DNA of 64,000 nucleotides from Paracoccaceae bacterium. Its GTDB lineage: Bacteria; Pseudomonadota; Alphaproteobacteria; Rhodobacterales; Rhodobacteraceae. Positions 42,086 through 51,290 of this stretch are shown here, in pieces. Made by a program: the position numbers and the translations under genes. The stretch's first letter is position 1. Every line of letters begins with the position of its first letter. The notes beneath the pieces are model-generated. The model had not been told where the DNA came from, made no database searches, and saw only the letters and a program-made list of their open reading frames with translations. The stretch covers positions 40,074 to 104,073 of the forward strand of contig JAAZYV010000028.1 of assembly GCA_014239455.1 (NCBI GenBank). Direction: 5' to 3'.

Positions 42086-42168
42086 TCAAAAAAGGACAAA
42101 AACCCAATTGAATAACTTCACAAATAAAAAAATCAGATATACCGTTTTAATATAGTGAATAAGATTTT

Positions 42169-42678
42169 GTGACAAATTTTGATTCCTGGGTAGTTGTGGG
42201 TCAGATAATTAAGTCTTTCGGTATAAAAGGCCAAGTAAAAATTTTGTCATTTTGTCAAAATCCATTATCAATATTAGATTACAATCCAATTCTAATTGAA
42301 AGCACCAACGCTCCGATTTTTTTGTCCCTGCACAAAGTCATAAAGGATGATCTCCTAATAGTGCGAATACCACATGTAGCGAATAAGAACTCAGCCGACA
42401 GACTAATTAGAAAGAACCTTTATGCTGATAGAGAAAAATTTCCCTATTTATCTAATCAAGAATTTTATTTTTCGGATTTAGAAGGTTGTATAGTTTATGC
42501 TTTCACTGGAAAAATCTTTGGTAAAGTCAAAGGAATACACAATTTTGGAGCAGGAGAACTATTGGAAATATTTAAATTTGAGGATGATAGGTCTCTATTA
42601 ATTCACTTCAATAAAGAAACTTTTCCAAAAGTGGATGTGAAGTCAAAGAAAATAGTTATTAATCCTCCAATAGAATGA
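42169..42678 (+). CDS. rimM: Ribosome maturation factor RimM
   Basis: 169-aa ORF (GTG start) with VVVGQIIKSFGIKGQVKI and a PRC-barrel-like C-terminus. In the rpsP-rimM-trmD-rplS order. Confidence 0.87.
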   Translation: MTNFDSWVVVGQIIKSFGIKGQVKILSFCQNPLSILDYNPILIESTNAPIFLSLHKVIKDDLLIVRIPHVANKNSADRLIRKNLYADREKFPYLSNQEFYFSDLEGCIVYAFTGKIFGKVKGIHNFGAGELLEIFKFEDDRSLLIHFNKETFPKVDVKSKKIVINPPIE

Positions 42679-42705
42679 TTAAGAGCGTTACCAAAGGATT
42701 TTACA

Positions 42706-43455
42706 ATGACCGAAGAAAAAAAAATTAGACATGTTAAACATCCTTGGACTGTCAAAGTTATTACCCTTTTCCCTGAAATGTTTCCAGGCACCTTGGGGCA
42801 TTCTCTTGTAGGTAAAGCTTTAAAAAAACACCTTTGGTCACTTGATGTAATAAATTTGAGGGAATTTGCTTTTGACGAACGCAAAACTGTTGATGGTTCT
42901 CCAGCAGGTGGTGGTGCTGGGTTAGTCCTTAGAGCCGATGTTCTTGATCGAGCGATAGACCACCTAAAAAGCAGCTCTAATTATGATAGACAAGAGTGGC
43001 CAATAATAGCCTTGTCACCCAGGGGAAAAGTATTTGATCAAAAATTGGCTGCAAGTTTTTCTAAGTGCAAAGGTTTAATACTTATTTGCGGGCGTTATGA
43101 GGGCTTTGACGAAAGAGTTTTAGAATTTCATCAGATTCCTGAAATCTCCTTAGGAGATTTTATAATATCGGGTGGAGAAATAGCAGCTCAGGCCTTGATT
43201 GATTCAATTGTAAGGCTTATACCCCACGTAGTAGGGAATCAAAATTCATTATTGGAGGAAAGTTTTTCAGCAGGTTTATTAGAATATCCACACTATACAA
43301 GCCCTAGAATTTGGCGGAGTTTGCCTATACCAGACGAACTACTTTCTGGTCACCATAAAAATATTAGGCAATGGAGAAATAAAAAATCCGAGGAAATAAC
43401 AAAGATCAGACGACCTGATATGTGGGTTAAATATCAGAGATTGAAAAACACCTGA
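42706..43455 (+). CDS. trmD: tRNA (guanine37-N1)-methyltransferase
   Basis: [54 protein letters not shown] and [11 protein letters not shown] blocks. Confidence 0.95.
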   Translation: MTEEKKIRHVKHPWTVKVITLFPEMFPGTLGHSLVGKALKKHLWSLDVINLREFAFDERKTVDGSPAGGGAGLVLRADVLDRAIDHLKSSSNYDRQEWPIIALSPRGKVFDQKLAASFSKCKGLILICGRYEGFDERVLEFHQIPEISLGDFIISGGEIAAQALIDSIVRLIPHVVGNQNSLLEESFSAGLLEYPHYTSPRIWRSLPIPDELLSGHHKNIRQWRNKKSEEITKIRRPDMWVKYQRLKNT

Positions 43456-43477
43456 AATTATTTGGATGGAGAGAGTT

Positions 43478-43858
43478 ATGAATATTATAGATCAATTAGA
43501 TAATGACCAAATTGCGAAACTCGGTAAGAACATCCCTGATTTCTCACCTGGTGATACCTTAAAAGTAGGGTATAAGGTAAGTGAAGGAAGCAGAAGTCGT
43601 GTACAAAATTATGAGGGGGTAGTTATATCCAGAAAAGGTGGTGATGGGATAGCAGCTTCATTTACAGTCAGAAAAATATCCTTTGGTGAAGGAGTTGAAA
43701 GGGTATTTCCCCTTCACTCCCCAAATATTGACAAAATTACTGTTGTTCGAAGAGGGAAAGTACGTAGAGCAAAACTATACTACCTAAGAGATCGAAGTGG
43801 TAAATCTGCCCGAATCGCTGAGAAAACAAATTATAGACCTTCTGGTTCAAATAAATAA
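43478..43858 (+). CDS. rplS: 50S ribosomal protein L19
   Basis: MNIIDQLD...[33 protein letters not shown]...[21 protein letters not shown]. The ATG at 43478 is preceded by GGAGAGAG; the track's longer start at 43466 is less likely. Confidence 0.95.
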   Translation: MNIIDQLDNDQIAKLGKNIPDFSPGDTLKVGYKVSEGSRSRVQNYEGVVISRKGGDGIAASFTVRKISFGEGVERVFPLHSPNIDKITVVRRGKVRRAKLYYLRDRSGKSARIAEKTNYRPSGSNK

Positions 43859-43874
43859 TTGATGGAGAACCAAC

Positions 43875-44096
43875 ATGAAAAAAGAAATACACCCAGATTA
43901 TCACTTTGTAGAAATCACAATGACAAGTGGGGAAACCTATAAGACAAGGTCCACTTTTGGGAAAGAAGGCGACAAAATAAATCTTGATATTGATCCACTG
44001 TCCCATCCTGCATGGACAGGAGGTAAACATAAATTGCTAGATACAGGTGGCAGAGTATCAAGATTCAAAAAGAAATATGAGGGTTTGGGCTTCTAG
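43875..44096 (+). CDS. rpmE: 50S ribosomal protein L31 (no CxxC zinc motif)
   Basis: [14 protein letters not shown]...[26 protein letters not shown]. Confidence 0.93.
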   Translation: MKKEIHPDYHFVEITMTSGETYKTRSTFGKEGDKINLDIDPLSHPAWTGGKHKLLDTGGRVSRFKKKYEGLGF

Positions 44097-44177
44097 GGTA
44101 AGAACGTCACCATTCATACATTTCAAAATCCTGAAAATGTTGGAATTTGGCTTATAAGGTTATTTTGTTTCGGCTAA

Positions 44178-45611
44178 TTATCTTGATATATCGCACAGTT
44201 CTCCCGAAGCTCGTATTTTGGCACAGGCCCTTTGAGCATTTAGATCTGATAAAGGAGAAATTCTTATTCTAAATCCTTTTTTATGCCTAAAAACCTCTTC
44301 AGAGATCTCTAGGGTAACATTCTCTAGTAAGCTTGGGTCACTTAATAATATGCTAGGCAAATCTTTCTCGGCATTATATCTGTTGTAATAAAATCCAACG
44401 AGTATTTTTATTTTTTCTTTATCAATAGTACTAGTTTTTGTTTCTAAATCTGTGACCTCTTTATCTTCCATTAGAATTTTTGGTCGGCTAGGCGGACTAT
44501 TGAATGAGTCATCGAAGATTATAGGCATAGAATCTTCGAAAACTTCAGAATTTTGCTTGGCCACTTGCATTAAAGAACTTTCTATCCCTTCAAGAATTTC
44601 CTCCATTTGCTTTGCATCAACATCTCTCGTTCTAATTGGAGAGACTAAAACCCCTGGTCTTCTCATTGGAATTTTGCTGAATTTCAATAGACTATTCTTT
44701 CCAATTTGGTTAATCATATCCGGTTTTAGGTTGAGAGAGAACATAGGGATGTACGCTGACACCTTAGGTACTCTAGAAAAACCTAAATCAAGAAGTTCTG
44801 TCATTCTCTCATTTCTTAAGGAAACAGACCCTGCGCCAAAAATCACACCTATGATTCTTGCATTTCCTCTGGATGCAGATGCAGCTAAATTATAACCAGC
44901 AGCAGATGTAAAACCCGTTTTTATGCCATCAGATCCTGGGTAAGCTGCTAAGAATCTTCTATTTGTATTGGAAAGATTTTTGCCAAGCGCTCGAACCGAG
45001 ATTCTCCCAAATAAATTATAGTATTCCGGAAAGTCAAAAACAAGTCGCCGAGCCAAAATTGCCATATCTTTTGGAGTTGAACGATGCTTAGACGATGTTA
45101 GACCATGAGCATTCTTAAATACCGTCTTTGACATACCCATCTCTCTTGCAGCAAGAGTCATATAATCGGCGAACTTTGCCTCAGATCCTGCAATATGTTC
45201 ACCAAGGGCTGTGGCGGCGTCATTTGCTGAACGAATAGCTGCTCCCCTAATTAGAGTTCTGATAGAAACCCTTTGACCAGGTGAAAGCCATAGCTTAGAA
45301 GAGGGTTCTAATGAAGCATTCTGACTTATTGTCACTAAGTCATCTAAATTCATTCTATTTCTTTTTAGCTCGTTAAAGGCCAAATACAGAGTCATCATTT
45401 TTGTCAAAGATGCTGGATGTAATTTCTTTTCATAATTCATGCCATAGAGAAATTTACCCGTCTTTGCATCAATCATATAGTGAGCAAATTCATAGGCAAA
45501 AAGAGCTTTAGGTAGCACAAAATTAACGCCTAAAAAAAATAAAACTAAAATCAGTCTGAAACTTTTTGGCAAATTGATCTCACTAAAACTAGAGTAATGT
45601 ATGGAGGACAT
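44178..45611 (-). CDS. D-alanyl-D-alanine carboxypeptidase (S11, PBP5/6-like) with a C-terminal SPOR-like domain
   Basis: SxxK (PASLTKMMT), SxN (RSANDAA) and KTG (GIKTGFT) motifs. The C-terminal ~75 aa (ILVGFYYNRYNAEKDL...GFRIRISPLSDLNAQRACAKIRASG) resemble a SPOR peptidoglycan-binding domain. Confidence 0.85.
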   Translation of the reverse strand: MSSIHYSSFSEINLPKSFRLILVLFFLGVNFVLPKALFAYEFAHYMIDAKTGKFLYGMNYEKKLHPASLTKMMTLYLAFNELKRNRMNLDDLVTISQNASLEPSSKLWLSPGQRVSIRTLIRGAAIRSANDAATALGEHIAGSEAKFADYMTLAAREMGMSKTVFKNAHGLTSSKHRSTPKDMAILARRLVFDFPEYYNLFGRISVRALGKNLSNTNRRFLAAYPGSDGIKTGFTSAAGYNLAASASRGNARIIGVIFGAGSVSLRNERMTELLDLGFSRVPKVSAYIPMFSLNLKPDMINQIGKNSLLKFSKIPMRRPGVLVSPIRTRDVDAKQMEEILEGIESSLMQVAKQNSEVFEDSMPIIFDDSFNSPPSRPKILMEDKEVTDLETKTSTIDKEKIKILVGFYYNRYNAEKDLPSILLSDPSLLENVTLEISEEVFRHKKGFRIRISPLSDLNAQRACAKIRASGELCDISR

Positions 45612-45824
45612 GTAATAAACTGTAAAGCTCTACCAATATTCACCATTTGATTTTGGATCAGCTTAGGTATATATTGTTGGTCCTAATCAATCAAATGACT
45701 ATTTACATTTTATCCCAAAAAATGATCATAATTTTATCTAAGCAAGAATGTGTGTAATCCACCAATGTAATAGTCAATTAGAAGATTTGAGATGAAGGTA
45801 ATCAGGAACATATAGTGTAAGCAG

Positions 45825-46142
45825 ATGACAAAAAAAGATAATATGGACAATGATGCTTTAGTTTTGACAAAGTCACAACCAAAGACAAAAAAACCATCAA
45901 TGTATAAGGTACTTCTCCTAAACGATGACTTTACCCCTATGGAATTTGTCGTGTTAATCTTAGAACGGTTTTTCAACGCGGATCATCAGCGCGCTGTCTC
46001 GATTATGTTAACCATACACCAGAAGGGTTTAGCCGTAGTTGGGGTCTATCCGCATGAGATAGCAGAAACTAAGGTGACGCAAGTCATGGATTTTTCAAGA
46101 AAGAACCAACATCCTCTTCAGTGTACTATGGAAAAAGAATAA
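45825..46142 (+). CDS. clpS: ATP-dependent Clp protease adaptor ClpS
   Basis: [26 protein letters not shown]...[19 protein letters not shown]. Confidence 0.93.
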   Translation: MTKKDNMDNDALVLTKSQPKTKKPSMYKVLLLNDDFTPMEFVVLILERFFNADHQRAVSIMLTIHQKGLAVVGVYPHEIAETKVTQVMDFSRKNQHPLQCTMEKE

Positions 46143-46143
46143 A

Positions 46144-47178
46144 TTGGTAACTATCTTAGGTATTAAGAGATTACTCGAAGCTAAGAGGAACGGTTTCTTT
46201 TCAAATATCTCAAGAAGAATATTAGTTCTTGGTTGTCCTCAACCTGAAGCCTTAAAGATTTTGAAATTGAATGATGTGTTAGTTTGTCATCCGGAAAAAT
46301 CTGTAATCCAAAAAGCCCAGGAATTGAACTTTCAAACCCTAGTTGACTTTGAAAGGTGCAATAAAATTGGGGTATTGAGGTCTATTCGTACAACTATAGT
46401 CTGGGTGACAAAGAGCCGGAGAGAGACGTTATTTAATATTGCTCTCGCATTTCTGATAACCAAAAAAACAGGGAAAATAATACTTACAGGGGAGAAAAAA
46501 GATGGGATAGAATATGCTATGAAAAAGCTCAGTGCAATGATTGAACCTGTTTCTGTAATATCAAAATCGCATGGGAAGATAGGCCTATTCCAACGCCCTC
46601 GATATTTACCAAAAGCATTAAGATCCTGGAAAAAAAAGGGGGAATTACAGAAAAATGCATCTGGGTTTTTCAGTGCACCCGGTACATTTTCTGAGACCAG
46701 TATTGATAAAGGTTCCCGATTACTCGTTAGCCATTATTCAGGGAAATTACATGGAAATGTAATCGATTTAGGTGCTGGGTGGGGATATCTATCTTCTGAA
46801 GCCATAAAGAACAGTCCAAGCATAAGACTGTTGACCCTTATTGATTCTAATTTGAGTGCCTTAAACTCCGCTAGGTTAAATGTTGCAAGTTCAAAAACAA
46901 GGTTCTTTTGGCTAGATTTAAAAACTGACGTATTGACCCTCAAGAATTTGGATCATGTTATAATGAATCCACCCTTTCATATTGGAAGAAAAGTAGACTT
47001 TGGCTTAGGACTAACTTTTTTGGGCACAGCCAAAAAAATTCTACGCAAAGGTGGCATACTTTGGATGGTTTTTAATAGAGAATTACCTTATGAAAAATCT
47101 ATTGTAAGTTTATTTCCAAATTATGACTTACTAAATGAAACAAAAAATTATAAGGTGATTAGAGCAAAAAAAACTTAA
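46144..47178 (+). CDS. Class I SAM-dependent methyltransferase, RsmC/RlmG-like (MTS domain)
   Basis: FFSAPGTFSETSIDKGSRLL, VIDLGAGWGYLS (SAM motif I) and MNPPFH (motif IV). Starts 1 nt after the clpS stop. Confidence 0.75.
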   Translation: MVTILGIKRLLEAKRNGFFSNISRRILVLGCPQPEALKILKLNDVLVCHPEKSVIQKAQELNFQTLVDFERCNKIGVLRSIRTTIVWVTKSRRETLFNIALAFLITKKTGKIILTGEKKDGIEYAMKKLSAMIEPVSVISKSHGKIGLFQRPRYLPKALRSWKKKGELQKNASGFFSAPGTFSETSIDKGSRLLVSHYSGKLHGNVIDLGAGWGYLSSEAIKNSPSIRLLTLIDSNLSALNSARLNVASSKTRFFWLDLKTDVLTLKNLDHVIMNPPFHIGRKVDFGLGLTFLGTAKKILRKGGILWMVFNRELPYEKSIVSLFPNYDLLNETKNYKVIRAKKT

Positions 47179-47224
47179 TTTAGCAGTATAATTAATCAAT
47201 TTATATGTATCTTTAGGAAAATTT

Positions 47225-48031
47225 ATGACACGCATTTTAGCCGGTAAAACGGCCATAATAACCGGAGCTTCTAACGGCATAGGGCTTTCTGTGGCTAAAT
47301 TATTTTGTGAGAAAGGAGCAAATGTTGTTTTAGCTGACAACGACGAAACAATCCTAGAAGAAGAGGCGGGTTACTTACAAAAAAGTGGCCATAACGTATT
47401 ACTTTTTTGCGGGGATTTAACCAAAAAATTAACACTAGCAAACTTGGTAGCGGCAACAATGGATCAATTCGAGTCCATTGACATCTTGGTTAATGCATTA
47501 AGGCAAATTGAGCTTTCGGACGCAATAAACTCAGAAAAAGACAATTTTCAAAAATTGTTTGAACAAAACTTTATAGTAAGTTTACGTTTAAGCCAGCTAG
47601 TCGCAAAAAAGATGATACAACAAAATCCTGACCGAAAAAAAGACCAAAATATAGGCTGCATAATTAATTTAAGCTCAATAGCCGATCGAATGATATTGCC
47701 TGAAAGTTTTGCCTATTCTATCTGCTCGGCAGCAGTAAACCAACTAACAAAATCCATGGCAGTAGCCCTCGCGGATAAAGGCATTCGAGTCAATGCAGTT
47801 GCAATGGGGAGTATAATGAGCACTAGCCTACGAGAAATGATTAGAGAGGATCTAGATCTTCATGACCAAGTAAAATCAGCAACACCTTTAGGTCGTATAG
47901 GAGATTCAGATGAAGCAGCCTCTGCTGTTCTTTTCTTAGCATCAGCAGAGTCAAAATTTATAACAGGTCAAATAATAACAATAGATGGTGGAAGAACTTT
48001 AACCGAAAATATTGGAGTACCAGCCTATTGA
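47225..48031 (+). CDS. Short-chain dehydrogenase/reductase family protein (atypical active site)
   Basis: Rossmann motif TGASNGIG, NLSSIA, and then AYSICSAAV where classical SDRs have Y-x-x-x-K. Confidence 0.85.
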   Translation: MTRILAGKTAIITGASNGIGLSVAKLFCEKGANVVLADNDETILEEEAGYLQKSGHNVLLFCGDLTKKLTLANLVAATMDQFESIDILVNALRQIELSDAINSEKDNFQKLFEQNFIVSLRLSQLVAKKMIQQNPDRKKDQNIGCIINLSSIADRMILPESFAYSICSAAVNQLTKSMAVALADKGIRVNAVAMGSIMSTSLREMIREDLDLHDQVKSATPLGRIGDSDEAASAVLFLASAESKFITGQIITIDGGRTLTENIGVPAY

Positions 48032-48074
48032 AAGATAAGAAATATCATATTTGGAACCTAAAGTAACAGTTGAA

Positions 48075-48806
48075 TTATACGACATCAATATCTTTAGTGA
48101 AAAGCCTTTCAGCTTCAAGCAGAGTGGACTGTTTATCTTCTTTATTTTCCTTGCTTAATTCTAATTTTTTATCCTCCGATAGAGGTGATTCTAATTTCAT
48201 GAGTGTAGGTTGTTGCTCATTAGGCTTTCTTATGGGAGACAGTTTATTTTTGCCTTCGCTGATATTATCACTGGTGCCTGTTTTCATTGTTTTAATAGAT
48301 TTCTCTAAAACTAAATCTAGCTCTACTTGCTTGCACAAACCCAATACTACTGGATCTGTGGGAACTATATTCGTTATATTCCAATGAGTTCGGTTTCTTA
48401 CTGCTTGAATCGTGGGCTTCGTAGTTCCAACCAACTTTACAATCTGAGCATCAGTTAATTCTGAGTAATATTTTACCAGCCAAGCTATCGCAGCTGGTTT
48501 ATCTTGCCTTTTCGATAAGGGCGTATACCGTGGACCTCTTCTTTTCTTTTCTCCTACTGTAGCTGGATTTACCGACAGCTTTAATATAGAACTTGGATCT
48601 TTTTCGCACTTCTCAATTTCTTCTGAGGTCAATTGATTACTACTGACTGGATCCATTCCCCGTATACCGCTTGCTACTTCTCCATCTGCGATACCACTCA
48701 CCTCTAGCTCATGCAATCCACAAAATTGTGAAATCTGTTTAAATGTTAGGGATGTATTTTCAACTAACCATACGGCTGTTGCTTTCCTCATTAAGGGTAA
48801 TGCCAT
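48075..48806 (-). CDS. trcR: DUF1013 protein (TrcR-type cell-cycle transcriptional regulator family)
   Basis: MALPLMRKATAVWLVENTSLTFKQISQFCGLHELEVSGIADGEVA is duplicated in weaker form as KPAAIAWLVKYYSELTDAQIVKLVGTTKPTIQAVRNRTHWN. This is the two-repeat architecture of DUF1013. Confidence 0.8.
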   Translation of the reverse strand: MALPLMRKATAVWLVENTSLTFKQISQFCGLHELEVSGIADGEVASGIRGMDPVSSNQLTSEEIEKCEKDPSSILKLSVNPATVGEKKRRGPRYTPLSKRQDKPAAIAWLVKYYSELTDAQIVKLVGTTKPTIQAVRNRTHWNITNIVPTDPVVLGLCKQVELDLVLEKSIKTMKTGTSDNISEGKNKLSPIRKPNEQQPTLMKLESPLSEDKKLELSKENKEDKQSTLLEAERLFTKDIDVV

Positions 48807-49087
48807 TTAAACCTCTTTCATATCTTAAAGTTTGCAATTTTAAAATCGTATACCCAATCAACCACAAAATCGGTAAAATTTCAAAAAATTTCGATAGGGT
48901 AGAGATCACTAATATCTCAAGAAAAAAAAAAATTCTAGTCAAATTCTAACAGAATTCATGTCCCTAGATAAAAATTACTTTGGGAAGATTGTTCCTTTGC
49001 TTACTGGCCGAGCTAATGATTTAACTGAGGTCATTTGTATCAGTTAACATTCAAATCATTAATTTGTAGAGAGATGCTATGGTAAGC

Positions 49088-49711
49088 CTACCTAGTAGCT
49101 ATCATTAGCTTTCGAATAAATTCCACAAAGCTCAACTTCAATTGACCTAGTTTCCTAACCTCTTCTAACCTTCTCATTATGAAATATTCCGTTTCTCGAT
49201 GATCCACCGACTCATCTCCAAGAAAAAATAACAGGGTGGACAAATACACGGAAAGTAAAGTAACCCTCTTAGTATACCAGTCAAAACCAATACTTATATC
49301 CTTTATTTCGAACCAAATCAGATCACAAGTTGACCAAACTAAATTAATGGCCTCAAGTTGGTACATAGGCATAGCAAATAAAGACATACTGCTCCTAAAA
49401 ACCTCCTTATCATCAGCAATGGCCTGAAACCTCATCTTCATTGCTATTTCAACCTTTTCAAAATGAGACAAATTAGTAATATCTACCTTACGAAATTTTT
49501 TGAAAAAGTCCTGGTCCTTAAGTTGATGATGAAACCTTGCCAAATCAATACCACCTCTTGGGAATAATGACTTTGCCTTCCCATAAGTAACGCCTACTTT
49601 TGCCGCAGTCTCTTCAAGATTTTTTTCTGACCAACCACGAAATACCGCTATATCAGCTGCTACAGCTACTAGTTTCGCTTTTAGTCTATCATCATAAACA
49701 GTCATGAGCAT
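49088..49711 (-). CDS. COQ9-family protein ('rpsU-divergently transcribed protein')
   Basis: 207-aa helical ORF placed head-to-head with rpsU, the defining context of this alphaproteobacterial family. The N-terminus LVAVAADIAVFRGWSEKNLEETAAKVGV fits the TetR-like fold of COQ9. Confidence 0.72.
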   Translation of the reverse strand: MLMTVYDDRLKAKLVAVAADIAVFRGWSEKNLEETAAKVGVTYGKAKSLFPRGGIDLARFHHQLKDQDFFKKFRKVDITNLSHFEKVEIAMKMRFQAIADDKEVFRSSMSLFAMPMYQLEAINLVWSTCDLIWFEIKDISIGFDWYTKRVTLLSVYLSTLLFFLGDESVDHRETEYFIMRRLEEVRKLGQLKLSFVEFIRKLMIATR

Positions 49712-49811
49712 TTACCAATCAGGTATTAGAAGTAACAAAATCAGGTGTAGACAAGTCTTTCTTAGCTTGTTATAGGGGTTTGTAAAAGCCATAAAATAAA
49801 AGGGTGAATCA

Positions 49812-50015
49812 TTGCAAGTCCATGTTCGAGATAATAATGTTGATCAAGCATTAAGAGCCTTAAAGAAGAAATTACAGCGCGAAGGTGTCTTTCGAGAAAT
49901 GAAACTTAAACAGCATTTTGAAAAACCATCCGTAAAAAGAGCTCGGGAAAAAGCTGAAGCAATTAGAAGAGCAAGAAAATTAGCTAGAAAAAAGGTTCAG
50001 AGAGATGGCTTCTAA
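49812..50015 (+). CDS. rpsU: 30S ribosomal protein S21
   Basis: [31 protein letters not shown]...; TTG start. Confidence 0.95.
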   Translation: MQVHVRDNNVDQALRALKKKLQREGVFREMKLKQHFEKPSVKRAREKAEAIRRARKLARKKVQRDGF

Positions 50016-50032
50016 AGCTTGCTTCGCTCCTA

Positions 50033-50173
50033 TTAAGAGTTAAATAGTGCCAAAAAGACAAGGGCCCCTATTACAGCATAACAAAGGTATAAACCAAAAC
50101 TTATAAATCTGGAGAAAGATTCTTTTTGATTAGTAATATCCATTTCTCCATGCTTGTGTTTGTTTTCTGACAT
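50033..50173 (-). CDS. aa3-type cytochrome c oxidase subunit IV (46 aa; below the ORF-track cutoff)
   Basis: The minus-strand ATG at 50173 gives [46 protein letters not shown]. This closely parallels my recollection of Paracoccus subunit IV (...[22 protein letters not shown]...VLVFLALANS). Confidence 0.82.
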   Translation of the reverse strand: [46 protein letters not shown]

Positions 50174-50248
50174 ATGATTTTCCTCTGGTTAAGAATGAGC
50201 ATAATATTCTTGCACACATAACATATCTATCTGCCAGCCAAAGTAAAT

Positions 50249-51289
50249 CTAGTTTTTATTTATATGATAATAAATCTTTCCATCTTTTTTAATATCCCGA
50301 GAAATTTTGTTTTGGTGCCAAAGATAGTTTAAATGGCCCACCGCCTCTCCTAGAGCCAAGCTATATTCTGATTCTCTAATTTTTCTCGAATATAATGAAG
50401 TAAATATGTCAGCTGCCATTCTTGGTTCAAGTGTCAAAAAATCCTGTACCCGTGCTAAGGCAGCATAATGGTGATTTAGCAATTGCTAGATTCTAACCTT
50501 AAAACCCCAAAACGGCAAATTGTGACCTGGCAAAACAAGGTATTCTCTATCTTCGATTTTTAAAAGTTTTTCACATGTTTCAATAAATTCACCCACTGGA
50601 TTTGCGTTCGGCTCAGTAGGATAAACACTTAAATTTGGCGATATGCCAGGTAAAATCTGGTCCCCTGCAATAAAAATATTTAGTTCTGGACAATGTAGTG
50701 TCAAATGTTCTGGGGCATGGCCCTGTCCAAAATTGATATGCCAATAATTATCTCCTATAGAAATTCTTTCCTGATCAACTATGCGCCTATAACCTAAGGG
50801 GATAGGATCGACATAGTCACAAAAGTTAAAAGGTCTTTCCTTCTTTCTTTGTGATAACAAACTTCCTGGCATCCCTGCCCCATACCAAAATGACAACGTA
50901 TCTATTGAGGTAGTCTCCTGAACATCCAAAGTAAGCATTCTAGCGGTTAGCCAAGCTACACGACTCGACCAAATTTCAGCCTGGAATCTTTCATGGAACC
51001 ATCCTAATAGACCTAGGTGATCAGGATGATGATGTGTAATAATGAGTCTGTTTACCTTAACACCTTTGAATTCATCAATTAAGATTTTTTCCCAAATATA
51101 CTTACAATCAATACTAGAAATCCCAGTATCTACAATTGTAATTCCCTTGACGTCTCTAAGAATGTAAGCATTAACATGAGATACGATAGATGATAAATTA
51201 AACCTGACCCAATAAATTCCTGGGATAAGTTCAACAAGTAATTTGTGTTCGGGAAAACTTTGATGCGGAAATCTAATCTGTGATTGCAT
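50249..51289 (-). pseudogene. MBL-fold metallo-hydrolase interrupted by one in-frame TAG
   Basis: ORFs 50486..51289 (HxHxDH motif ITHHHPDHLG) and 50249..50482 are in the same frame. They are separated only by TAG (50486..50488) plus one codon. The joined product ...GHNLPFWGFKVRI*QLLNHHYAALARV... matches the single-chain ~345-aa architecture I recall for this family. Confidence 0.72.
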
Positions 51290-51290
51290 A

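Noticed and set aside
41639-42107. Two minus-strand ORFs (123 and 93 aa) with repetitive [12 protein letters not shown]-type sequence.
   Set aside because: They are mirror images of the rpsP 39-bp tandem repeat, which keeps the antisense frames open. There is no independent support for them.
44120-44150. Imperfect hairpin CAAAATCC-10nt-GGAATTTG between the convergent rpmE and carboxypeptidase genes, as a bidirectional terminator.
   Set aside because: The stem is AT-rich with 7 of 8 pairs and an internal mismatch, and there is no U-tract. The evidence is too weak to annotate.
45734-45976. 80-aa minus-strand ORF overlapping the clpS start.
   Set aside because: It overlaps the well-supported clpS on the opposite strand, and its hydrophobic low-complexity sequence has no RBS.
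48070-48949. Plus-strand ORFs (105 aa and 68 aa) and a 60-aa minus-strand ORF around trcR.
   Set aside because: They are antisense to, or out of frame with, the DUF1013 gene and its upstream spacer. None has a recognisable motif.
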